Positions 18,916 through 27,297 of a DNA stretch of 64,000 bases are shown in pieces. Origin of the DNA: Bacilli bacterium (GTDB lineage: Bacteria; Bacillota_I; Bacilli_A; RFN20; CAG-826); contig JBGUIX010000015.1 in NCBI GenBank assembly GCA_045113315.1, forward strand, positions 8,670 to 72,669. Reading direction: 5' to 3'. Both the position numbers and the translations under genes were made by a program. Every line of letters starts with the position of its first letter. Within the stretch, counting starts at the first letter, position 1. The notes beneath the pieces are model-generated. The model was given only the letters and a program-made list of their open reading frames with translations, ran no database searches and had not been told where the DNA came from.

Positions 18916-19470
18916 ATGGCTAAATGGATTTTGACGGTAGATAACGAAACATTTGATTTTAACAACTTTACTGATGCTGTGACTATGTTTAAAGCAGAGA
19001 TAAGTAAACACATGGAAGCTAACGAAGATATTTTTGGAAGAGAAGGAGAGCCATTCACACCAGATGTTTTTCTCTCTAGTAAATATGACGACGGAACAAT
19101 TAGTGATGAAGAAATTGTTGTTCAAACACGAATGTCAATGCTCTGTAAATCTTTTATGTGGCGAGGCGCAAATGACTCAAAAGAAAACGCAATTAAATCG
19201 TTAAAAGGAGATATCCATTATTTTGGCAAAAATGAGTATGACGAAGAGCTGGAAATTGATATCGAATCTTTGCCTGAAGAAGTGATTTTAGATATCACTC
19301 ATTTTGATGGAGTCAAGGATCAAACTTATATGCGTTCAAACGCCTTCATCTTTGATGATCCTAATAAAGTTTATTATTTTAATTCTCACCAAATCATCAC
19401 AACAACCCCAAAAGAGAAAAATCTTGGGAAAGTTATAGATTTTAATGTTGTATTAAAAGGAGAAAAGTGA
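18916..19470 (+). CDS. Hypothetical acidic protein (probable paralog of 18382)
   Basis: GGGAG RBS; FNNFTDA...IFGREG and MRSN...YYF. Confidence 0.65.
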   Translation: MAKWILTVDNETFDFNNFTDAVTMFKAEISKHMEANEDIFGREGEPFTPDVFLSSKYDDGTISDEEIVVQTRMSMLCKSFMWRGANDSKENAIKSLKGDIHYFGKNEYDEELEIDIESLPEEVILDITHFDGVKDQTYMRSNAFIFDDPNKVYYFNSHQIITTTPKEKNLGKVIDFNVVLKGEK

Positions 19471-20747
19471 TGATGAAAAAACTGAATGATGGAAAAATAT
19501 TAAAGCTATTGAAAGAAAAAAATGAAGAATTGCCAAAGGAAAGAGCAAAGTTTTTAAAAAGAGAAATAAATATTATTTTGAATAACAATTATCTTAAATA
19601 TTTTAATCTTGCATATGTAATTGCAGAGTATTTAAAAAAACATAACATTTATTACTATCTTGGTGGTAATTTGGCGTCCTCATACGTTGCATATGAATTA
19701 GGTATCCATAACATCGACTGTTATAGATTCAACATCCAGCCTGAGATTTGCTATGGGGCAAACTGCGACAACAAATTCGATTTATATTTTTATATCCCTG
19801 AACGATTTAAAAAACAACTTTTTGCTTATATTGACGAAACAATTTTTGATAATAAGCCAATATACGTAACTTACAAACAATTTGATGGAACAGAAAACAT
19901 TGTCGACTATAAAAGAGTGTTTGTTGATGGAGATATCCAAGGCATTAGATCGATTGATGTTGAATTGCTGCGCGACGGTCGTTTTTCATATATTTGTTTG
20001 AATATTGTTGCTTCAAAAAGACTAAATCATTTTTTATCTTTAGGAGCGAAGGATATGTTTAATTTAGAAAGAATTAAAGAAGAAGAATATTCTAGCAACA
20101 ATGAAGCGGTGTCATTTTTAGGTTACGTTTTCAAAGCAAAAAGTAGAATTAAGAAAGATTTTGTCTTTAATGATCGCTTTGCTTATAAATTAGCATGTAT
20201 TATTAAGCCACATAATTTTAAAGATTTAATCAAAATTATAGGTTTGTGCAAATGGCCAAATTTATGGAACAAAAACCAAGATACCCTATTTGAGAATGGT
20301 TCTATTACTGCGGAAGATATCATTGCAACCAGAGACGATCTTTATGATTGTTTGATTGATAACGGCTTTGATAGAGAAAATGCTTTACTGTGTATGGAAT
20401 GCGCTAAAAAAGGACTTCAACTTCCAAACATTGTTCCTATGAACATTAGAAGAATTTGTGAAAAAGCAAAATATTTATGGCCACGAGCACATATTGTCGC
20501 CTTATTGAATACTGACATGTTTTTGCTGTTCAATTCATCAATTTACGAAGAATTAGAAGAAATGGTTTATAATAAAACCAAATTAGAGTCGGAAGCTTAT
20601 ATCATAGGACAATATCGAAAGTATGCCTGCGTTGGTAAAGACGCTAAGATTACCAAAATTGATGAATGGGCATTAAACAAAGTTAGCGCCGAAAACAATT
20701 TCGATGTTCATGAATTAAGAGAATTACTATTTAAAGACCATAATTGA
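19467..20747 (+). CDS. Truncated, degenerate PolC-like (Pol III alpha) protein
   Basis: LASSYVAYELGIHNID, IIATRDDLYDCLIDNG...MECAKKG, CEKAKYLWPRAH resemble PolC palm/fingers; catalytic Asp positions altered. Confidence 0.7.
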   Translation: MMMKKLNDGKILKLLKEKNEELPKERAKFLKREINIILNNNYLKYFNLAYVIAEYLKKHNIYYYLGGNLASSYVAYELGIHNIDCYRFNIQPEICYGANCDNKFDLYFYIPERFKKQLFAYIDETIFDNKPIYVTYKQFDGTENIVDYKRVFVDGDIQGIRSIDVELLRDGRFSYICLNIVASKRLNHFLSLGAKDMFNLERIKEEEYSSNNEAVSFLGYVFKAKSRIKKDFVFNDRFAYKLACIIKPHNFKDLIKIIGLCKWPNLWNKNQDTLFENGSITAEDIIATRDDLYDCLIDNGFDRENALLCMECAKKGLQLPNIVPMNIRRICEKAKYLWPRAHIVALLNTDMFLLFNSSIYEELEEMVYNKTKLESEAYIIGQYRKYACVGKDAKITKIDEWALNKVSAENNFDVHELRELLFKDHN

Positions 20748-21190
20748 ATATGAAACTTATCTTCTTGGATATTGATGGTGTTTTAAACTCCGCAACTGGT
20801 AGAGAGCCATATGTTTCTGATATGGAAATGGAAAAACTTAAGCTGCTCAAAAAGCTTATAGATGATACTGGTTCTTCTGGTGTGGTTATCACTAGTGATA
20901 GAAGGTATTCCAAGATTGATATGAAACATAAAACTGAAGCGTTCGACCAGTTTGAGATTTATATTGTTGGAGAAACAAGAAGACCCAACCAAGATGATTT
21001 GGAAGATAATCGAGGGAAACAGATTATGGATTACTTATCATCTTCAAAAGAAGATATTGATAGGATAGTCATTCTTGATGATAACGATGATGGCATATCT
21101 AACTTCTTTGAAGAAGAGTTTATATTAGTGAATCGCTTTTTTGGTTTAAACGAGGATGCTTATCAAAAGGCTTTAGAAATACTAGGATAA
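20744..21190 (+). CDS. HAD domain protein (Swiss-Army-Knife RNA-repair type)
   Basis: IFLDIDGVLN, VITSDRR, RGKQIMDYL, IVILDD; paralog of the 10032 HAD domain. Confidence 0.8.
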   Translation: MNMKLIFLDIDGVLNSATGREPYVSDMEMEKLKLLKKLIDDTGSSGVVITSDRRYSKIDMKHKTEAFDQFEIYIVGETRRPNQDDLEDNRGKQIMDYLSSSKEDIDRIVILDDNDDGISNFFEEEFILVNRFFGLNEDAYQKALEILG

Positions 21191-21233
21191 GTAAAAAAGT
21201 ATGATATATTGTTATAAAACGTAGGAGATAATT

Positions 21234-23249
21234 ATGAGTAATGAGTATAAAGATTTAAGTGTATTTAATGCATTAAAACAAATTAATTCTGGGGATATTA
21301 TAATTCCAGATATTCAACGTGAATATTGTTGGTCTCCAAGTGATATTATCGAACTTTTTAAATCTATAATAGAGGAATATCCAATCGGCTCATTTATTTT
21401 TTGGAAAGCCAAAGGAGAACAATTAAACAATTGTACTTCTGATTTTTATGATTTTCTTCATACTGTTTGGAGAAAAAAAGACGGTTTTTTTCAACCGGAA
21501 AATAAGTTACTAAGTAAGATTTTTGAAAATAATAAAATATATGATGTTGTTCTTGATGGGCAACAAAGACTATCTTCACTTTTTCTTGTTTTTAAAGGTG
21601 AATATAATTTTAAAAAACCAGGTAGAGGTCATGATGACAAGGAAAGCAATTATGAACCTAAAGAATTATATTACATATATAATTGGGATATAGATAATGA
21701 AGACGCAGATAAAGATGAACCGTTTCAATTTTTAACGCAGGAAGAAGCCAACGATAAAGAATGTTATCGCGTTAAAGAGTTGTTGAAATATAAAAACTAT
21801 GAAGAGTTTTGTACAACAATTGACGAGCTGACAATCAACATGTCAAACAAGACTTCAATCAGGAAATATTTAAAAACATTGTTTAAAAGGTTAGATAATG
21901 AATCACAAAACGAATCCCTAATTCATTATTTTACTATCAGTTCTGATAAATTTGATGATGCATTGGACGTTTTTGTTAGAGTTAATTCTACTGGCAAAAA
22001 ATTAAATAAAACAGATTTGTTGTTTGGAACATTAATAAATAAGTGGCCAAAAGAAAATGGTGACTATGACGGAAGAAGAAAAGAAATAGAGAAATTTTTA
22101 AAGCATATAAATGAAAAATACCATTTTGGTTTCAATAAAGATTTTTTGCTTAGAACATGTTTAGTTTTAGTTAACGATGGTAAATCTGGAATAACGATGC
22201 AAGAATTAGCAAAAACAAAAACTATTGAAAACATCAGAACTAAATGGGACGCGATAAAAAAGACATTCGAAAAATGTTCAGCAATTATGAAAGATATTGA
22301 TTTAGATGATGAAAAAATTCTTTCCTATAATGCGATCATACCAATAATGTTTTATTTATATAATGGTGGTAAAATCCACGATTATTTAGAGAGGGAGGAA
22401 CTGAGAAAATATTTTGCTGTGTCCTTTGCAAAAGGTCTCTTTGGTGGATCTAGTAATACTGCAATTACAAATACATGTAATTCAATTAAAGATAATATTA
22501 AAAACAAATTCAGTATTAAGTTTTTTGAAAAGACTGAATTTTCTGGCGGTAGAAATTTCCATGTGGATATTCAATTAATTAATAGATGGTTAGAAACATA
22601 TAACAAAGGTGCTAAAACATACTTTATTCTCATGTTATTGAGCCCGAACTTAAATCTCTTGGAGGATAATTATGATCAAGATCATTCTCATGCTGATACA
22701 TTGTTTAATGATTCAACCTTAAAAGAGAATAATGTTCCTGAAACGAGAATTAGTCTTTGGAAAGAAAAAAGGAATCATCTACCAAATCTTAGTTTTATGC
22801 AGGAATCAAGAAATCGTTCAAAAAACAAAACCGATTTAGCGACTTGGATTAGAGAAAACCCTGATAAAGTTTCTTCTTTAAAATTGCTGCCAATTGACAC
22901 CTCGTATGGCTTAGCTAATTTCGAGCATTTCTATGTTTTACGTAGGAGTTTGATGAAATATGTTCTAACTAGTAAATTTGACGTAGAAAAAGAAGCGATT
23001 AAAGTAGGAGACGAAGTTACGCTTAACACATCAATCCAAAAGGGGGAATTCGGAAATACTGAAAATATGTTGTTTGGTATGCACGGACATGTTACTGATG
23101 TAAACGGGCTCTCATACTTTAAAGGTGGAAAAATGGTTCAAACTGTATTTGTTAAATTTGAAAATGATAACAGAATAATTTTTGGTCAGTATGTACCAAC
23201 TCAATTTTTATATCTTGTTGAACCTTTTGATAAGGAAATGAACATATAG
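21234..23249 (+). CDS. GmrSD-like type IV restriction protein (DUF262 plus HNH/DUF1524)
   Basis: IPDIQREYCW, YPIGS, VLDGQQRLSS, FVRVNSTG, DQDH...LPNL...N..K. Confidence 0.85.
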   Translation: MSNEYKDLSVFNALKQINSGDIIIPDIQREYCWSPSDIIELFKSIIEEYPIGSFIFWKAKGEQLNNCTSDFYDFLHTVWRKKDGFFQPENKLLSKIFENNKIYDVVLDGQQRLSSLFLVFKGEYNFKKPGRGHDDKESNYEPKELYYIYNWDIDNEDADKDEPFQFLTQEEANDKECYRVKELLKYKNYEEFCTTIDELTINMSNKTSIRKYLKTLFKRLDNESQNESLIHYFTISSDKFDDALDVFVRVNSTGKKLNKTDLLFGTLINKWPKENGDYDGRRKEIEKFLKHINEKYHFGFNKDFLLRTCLVLVNDGKSGITMQELAKTKTIENIRTKWDAIKKTFEKCSAIMKDIDLDDEKILSYNAIIPIMFYLYNGGKIHDYLEREELRKYFAVSFAKGLFGGSSNTAITNTCNSIKDNIKNKFSIKFFEKTEFSGGRNFHVDIQLINRWLETYNKGAKTYFILMLLSPNLNLLEDNYDQDHSHADTLFNDSTLKENNVPETRISLWKEKRNHLPNLSFMQESRNRSKNKTDLATWIRENPDKVSSLKLLPIDTSYGLANFEHFYVLRRSLMKYVLTSKFDVEKEAIKVGDEVTLNTSIQKGEFGNTENMLFGMHGHVTDVNGLSYFKGGKMVQTVFVKFENDNRIIFGQYVPTQFLYLVEPFDKEMNI

Positions 23250-23558
23250 TTAAGTCATCTTCTCTGCTTTCAATTGCATACTAAATTCTTATGGTTAAAT
23301 TATCGAAGCAGATTTCATGATTAATGAAGGTGTGTTTCCAATTACATAAAAAAGACTCGTCATAATTTGTTTTGGGTAGTGAAAAAGACTTATCATTTGT
23401 TGCTACCATGAGTAAAGGCCATACATATCTAATTTCGGTACACCTTGTATCAGGGAATATGTTTAAAATTATATTACTATGTAATACTGAAACTATTTTT
23501 TAGTATTTCATTTATAGTTTTTATAAAATAAAATTGATTTAGATAGGAGAACATAATT

Positions 23559-24035
23559 ATGGAACAAAAGAAATATAAAATTGGTCAAAAAGAATATAGT
23601 GAAGAAGAATTATATTTATTAGGAGTGGAAAACTCTCCAAAATTATATTTAATTCCTCGTATTATTAGTGTGGTTATATTCCCCACATTTTTCTTTATTG
23701 AAGTAGTGTTAGGTATTTTGACTATTGTTTTCGCTAATACGATGGATAAAGATTTTCCGTTATGGGCTTTCTATATTCCATTAATCATTATTGGAAGTAT
23801 CTTAGTGTTATTAATATTAATATTTATATTCTCTTTCTTAACCAAAACTAAAAAGAGATATATCAAATATGGTTATGACTATGTCATGAAAGAAACTAAT
23901 AACGGCACTAATGATAAAGTCTTCACCGTTGGTAAAGAAAAAGAAAAAGAAGAAACATTAGCGAGATACGAAAGACTTCTTAAAGGTGGAGTAATTACTC
24001 AAGAAGAATTCGATAAGAAGAAAGCTGAACTATAA
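23559..24035 (+). CDS. Two-TM membrane protein with C-terminal SHOCT domain
   Basis: Two hydrophobic helices; LARYERLLKGGVITQEEFDKKKAEL. Confidence 0.8.
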   Translation: MEQKKYKIGQKEYSEEELYLLGVENSPKLYLIPRIISVVIFPTFFFIEVVLGILTIVFANTMDKDFPLWAFYIPLIIIGSILVLLILIFIFSFLTKTKKRYIKYGYDYVMKETNNGTNDKVFTVGKEKEKEETLARYERLLKGGVITQEEFDKKKAEL

Positions 24036-24040
24036 TAATA

Positions 24041-24068
24041 AAGATTCCACTTAGTTGTGGAATTTTTT
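24041..24068 (+). terminator. Intrinsic terminator
   Basis: ATTCCAC-ttagtt-GTGGAAT-TTTTT. Confidence 0.7.
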
Positions 24069-24076
24069 ATACCTAA

Positions 24077-24094
24077 TGTACGAAAAAACGGACA
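24077..24094. promoter_or_regulatory. TGTAC-N8-GTACA-type operator, site 5
   Basis: aaTGTAC-GAAAAAAC-GGACAtt, 10 nt upstream of a TATTAT -10 box for the operon containing the second WYL gene. Confidence 0.55.
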
Positions 24095-24131
24095 TTATCT
24101 TTTGTATTATATTGTTGCGAGGTGAAGGAAG

Positions 24132-24683
24132 ATGGAAAGAAAATGTCCAATTTGCAAAAGCAACAAAACAAAAGGTTCTACGTGTTCTGATTACTGCAAT
24201 AAATGTGGTTTATTCTTAGGTAAAATCAATAAAGAGAAAGTTATCGAAAGTGTTAACTCGATGATCGAAAAATGGAATAGTCCAAAGAAATTTGATTATT
24301 ACACAAAATGGAGTGATGGTCATATCAGATTTGAATATCGTGGAGTTAAGAAGATAATTGATAATATTATCTTTGGCGATGAATTGAACTTCGAGCAATT
24401 CGGTTCTCTAGTTCAGATCATTACTTATTTAACAATTGAATTTGACTATAACACCACATCTTTAGCGTTGACGCTTTTTGCGTTTGGCTCACAATTCTTT
24501 GAGAATGCAAAAATACCATTTGATTATTGGTTAAAGGCAGGGCTTAAGGAGAAAAATAGGACAGCCTATGACTATTTACTTTTCAATATGTATTCGGCCG
24601 AAGCGGATAAGACAAGAAGAGGAAGAAGAAAAATCGCTAAGATTAAGTCCATTATGAGACATCTTCCTAATTTCCAAATCTAA
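24132..24683 (+). CDS. Hypothetical protein with N-terminal zinc ribbon
   Basis: CPIC...CNKCG; GAGGTG RBS. Confidence 0.65.
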   Translation: MERKCPICKSNKTKGSTCSDYCNKCGLFLGKINKEKVIESVNSMIEKWNSPKKFDYYTKWSDGHIRFEYRGVKKIIDNIIFGDELNFEQFGSLVQIITYLTIEFDYNTTSLALTLFAFGSQFFENAKIPFDYWLKAGLKEKNRTAYDYLLFNMYSAEADKTRRGRRKIAKIKSIMRHLPNFQI

Positions 24684-24700
24684 ATAGAGAGGTCAAATAT

Positions 24701-25129
24701 ATGAGAACAGGTAAAGATATTGATTTTACACATGTTGATTTTATTACTTATGCATTAAATGAATACTGGAAGGATATACCGATATTAAAGGTAGTAAGAA
24801 ACTATGTTTTATTGCAGCAGATTGATAAAGAAGCTTACTTCGGTGAATTTAAAGATGATAAAGGAACTCATAAAGTAGTAGTGTTCACTGATGTTAATAT
24901 TGTCACTATAGATGATAAGCCAGTTAATCCTGAAGAATTCATTATGATATTTGAAGGTGAAGAAACTGATCCTATCCCTATTATCTATAAATTAACAGGA
25001 GTGGATCACGAGGATTATATCAGCGATGTTCAATATAGCGATGGCACCATTGAACTACTAGAAGTTAAAGGCAAATGCCTTCTATTATTTGGCTACTACA
25101 ATAGTAGTCAATGCGATGACAAGCAATAA
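24701..25129 (+). CDS. Hypothetical protein
   Basis: 142-aa ORF, GAGG RBS. Confidence 0.65.
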   Translation: MRTGKDIDFTHVDFITYALNEYWKDIPILKVVRNYVLLQQIDKEAYFGEFKDDKGTHKVVVFTDVNIVTIDDKPVNPEEFIMIFEGEETDPIPIIYKLTGVDHEDYISDVQYSDGTIELLEVKGKCLLLFGYYNSSQCDDKQ

Positions 25130-25140
25130 GGATTATAATT

Positions 25141-26151
25141 ATGTTAATGATTGAAAATAAGAAAGCCTCAATACTGTTGATATTAAAAGTTTTAGAAGAA
25201 TACTCTGATGAGGATCACTTTCTAACGCAACAAGACATCATCGATAAAGTTAATGAATTATATGGAATTGAATTAGAACGCAAATCAGTGGCCTTTTCTA
25301 TATCACTCTTACAAGAACTCGATTATGACATAAATAAGTCTCCAAGAGGCGGATATGCGTTATTATCACGTAATTTCGACAATAGTGAAGTGAGATTTAT
25401 CGTTGATTCGTTATTTTCTAATAAATCTATCAGTAAGAAACAAGCCACTTCTTTATCTAAGAAACTTAGTTCTTGTTTAAGTAGATATCAAAGAAAAGAC
25501 TTTAATTATATTTATAAAACTGGTGATTTTCCTATTTATGAAAATAAAGATCTTTTCTATAACTTAGAGCTAATCGAAGAAGCAAAAAGAAAAGGCAAAA
25601 GAATATCTTTCCAATATCTATCATTTGATAGTAATGGTAAACCATTCACTAAAATGGATGGTTATCGATATATCGTTTCTCCTTATTATTCCGTCAGCAG
25701 TGGATCTCGTTATTTCTTGATGTGCAATTATCGAGAAAAATATCGCCCGATACAAATATTTAGAATCGATTATATGGTCAATCCTAAAATTGAAGATGAA
25801 TGGGACATTAAACCAATTGAATCACTAGAAGGAATGAAAGACTTTAACATCTATAAATATCTTAAAGATACGGTCTATTTATTAGAGGGAGAAGTTATTA
25901 CCGCTTGCTTCATATTAGAGGATGAAAAAGCGATTCAATATGTAGTGGATTGGTTCGGTAATAACGCAAGAATTTATAAATATAAAGATGATGGGCCTCA
26001 ATACGCCACTATAACATGTAATGAAAACGCACTGTTCTATTGGTATATGCAATATAGTGAATCTATTACTGTGGTCTCTCCACAGTCATTAATACAAAGA
26101 GTTATAAACGAAGCAGAAAGGATTTTAAAAAAACATGAAATTCGAAATTAG
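25141..26151 (+). CDS. WYL-domain transcriptional regulator
   Basis: wHTH LKVLEEYSDEDHFLTQQDI; WYL region ISFQY...VSPY...YFLMC...FRIDYM; WCX VVDWFG...VVSPQSL. Confidence 0.9.
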   Translation: MLMIENKKASILLILKVLEEYSDEDHFLTQQDIIDKVNELYGIELERKSVAFSISLLQELDYDINKSPRGGYALLSRNFDNSEVRFIVDSLFSNKSISKKQATSLSKKLSSCLSRYQRKDFNYIYKTGDFPIYENKDLFYNLELIEEAKRKGKRISFQYLSFDSNGKPFTKMDGYRYIVSPYYSVSSGSRYFLMCNYREKYRPIQIFRIDYMVNPKIEDEWDIKPIESLEGMKDFNIYKYLKDTVYLLEGEVITACFILEDEKAIQYVVDWFGNNARIYKYKDDGPQYATITCNENALFYWYMQYSESITVVSPQSLIQRVINEAERILKKHEIRN

Positions 26152-26296
26152 GTATTATTTAACAGAAAGCGCTAAACGATCAGGCATACCAGCTTTTAAA
26201 GAAGTAATTGATGGTGATAGAAACTATGTAGAAAGATGGGCACAAAACAAAATTAGAAGTTCTAAATTTGTTGCCTACGATATAGTACAAAAGTAA
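26135..26296 (+). CDS. Small hypothetical protein (53 aa, not in ORF track)
   Basis: MKFEIRYYLTESAKRSGIPAFKEVIDGDRNYVERWAQNKIRSSKFVAYDIVQK fills the gap between the WYL and nuclease genes. Confidence 0.6.
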   Translation: MKFEIRYYLTESAKRSGIPAFKEVIDGDRNYVERWAQNKIRSSKFVAYDIVQK

Positions 26297-26298
26297 TT

Positions 26299-27267
26299 AT
26301 GGTTAATTTATTTGATTACGCGACTAAAGAACTTAGCCAAGATGCCTTTTTGATGTGGTTTTTAATGAGTGATATAAACGATAGTGGAAAGAAACTCATC
26401 GCTAAGTTTATTGGTAGAAAAGATTACAAAAACATCTCTAACATCGAAGTGCATGCACAGGCTAGTAAAATCGATATCACTGTTGACTTTGAAATAAATG
26501 GGAAAAAATGCGTTTTAATTATCGAAGATAAAGTGGGGTCAAATCCACACGATAACCAGTTAATAAAATATATGGATGTAGTTAATAAATGGAATAATGG
26601 CGATGATAGTGATAGGCCGAGCTATTTTATCTATTATAAGCCTCGTATATTGTCCGATTTTGAACTGGGACAAATTAAAGAGGCCAACGATAAGTACAAG
26701 AACAAAGGTTGGGAATGGAAAAGCTTTGATATAAATGATATTCATAATTTCTTTGTTGCTTATAAGGATTCTGAAAACCTCATACTTAATCAGTATGTCG
26801 AATATATAAGTAAGATTTATGAGTATTGTAATATTGATAAATTACCTACTGAGAACAACATCGTTGAATGGGAAAACTATTTTAGAAAATTCATTCACGA
26901 TAATGTTTCTTCTGGAAAATACGATATTTACCAAGCAACATATCGAAACAGATACGCGATGATTATTGTTTCTTGTAAGGGCGAAGAAAACAAAAACCAT
27001 CCATATTTAGAAATTAGGAGCAGGGATTGCTTAGATGGAAATGTTATTGGAAGAATCCTTCTTTACGGTAAAGTGCTGACTGATGAGGAAAAAGCAAAAT
27101 ATAAAAAGCTGATTGATGAACATTCCAAAATGTTTAAAAACGAGGACTATAAGCAACAGCTGGCTTCGACTAAAAAGCTCTCATATAAAGATGAGAATGA
27201 ATTCAAAGATATTGTCAAAAACTTGATTCATGAATTTATTGAAATTACAGATTTATCAGACAAATAA
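26299..27267 (+). CDS. PD-(D/E)XK nuclease family protein (PDDEXK_4-like)
   Basis: TKELSQDAFLMW, KIDI...LIIEDKVGS..HDNQLIKY. Confidence 0.8.
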   Translation: MVNLFDYATKELSQDAFLMWFLMSDINDSGKKLIAKFIGRKDYKNISNIEVHAQASKIDITVDFEINGKKCVLIIEDKVGSNPHDNQLIKYMDVVNKWNNGDDSDRPSYFIYYKPRILSDFELGQIKEANDKYKNKGWEWKSFDINDIHNFFVAYKDSENLILNQYVEYISKIYEYCNIDKLPTENNIVEWENYFRKFIHDNVSSGKYDIYQATYRNRYAMIIVSCKGEENKNHPYLEIRSRDCLDGNVIGRILLYGKVLTDEEKAKYKKLIDEHSKMFKNEDYKQQLASTKKLSYKDENEFKDIVKNLIHEFIEITDLSDK

Positions 27268-27297
27268 GAAAAGATTCCACATTCGTGGAACCTTTTA

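Noticed and set aside
23478-23511. Imperfect inverted repeat upstream of the SHOCT gene
   Set aside because: AT-rich, single occurrence, does not match the TGTAC-N8-GTACA motif
6994-27267. Prophage, ICE or integron explanation for the array of short co-oriented genes
   Set aside because: No integrase, structural, conjugation or transposase gene seen; genes are translationally coupled with no attC-like repeats; island ends cannot be defined in this window
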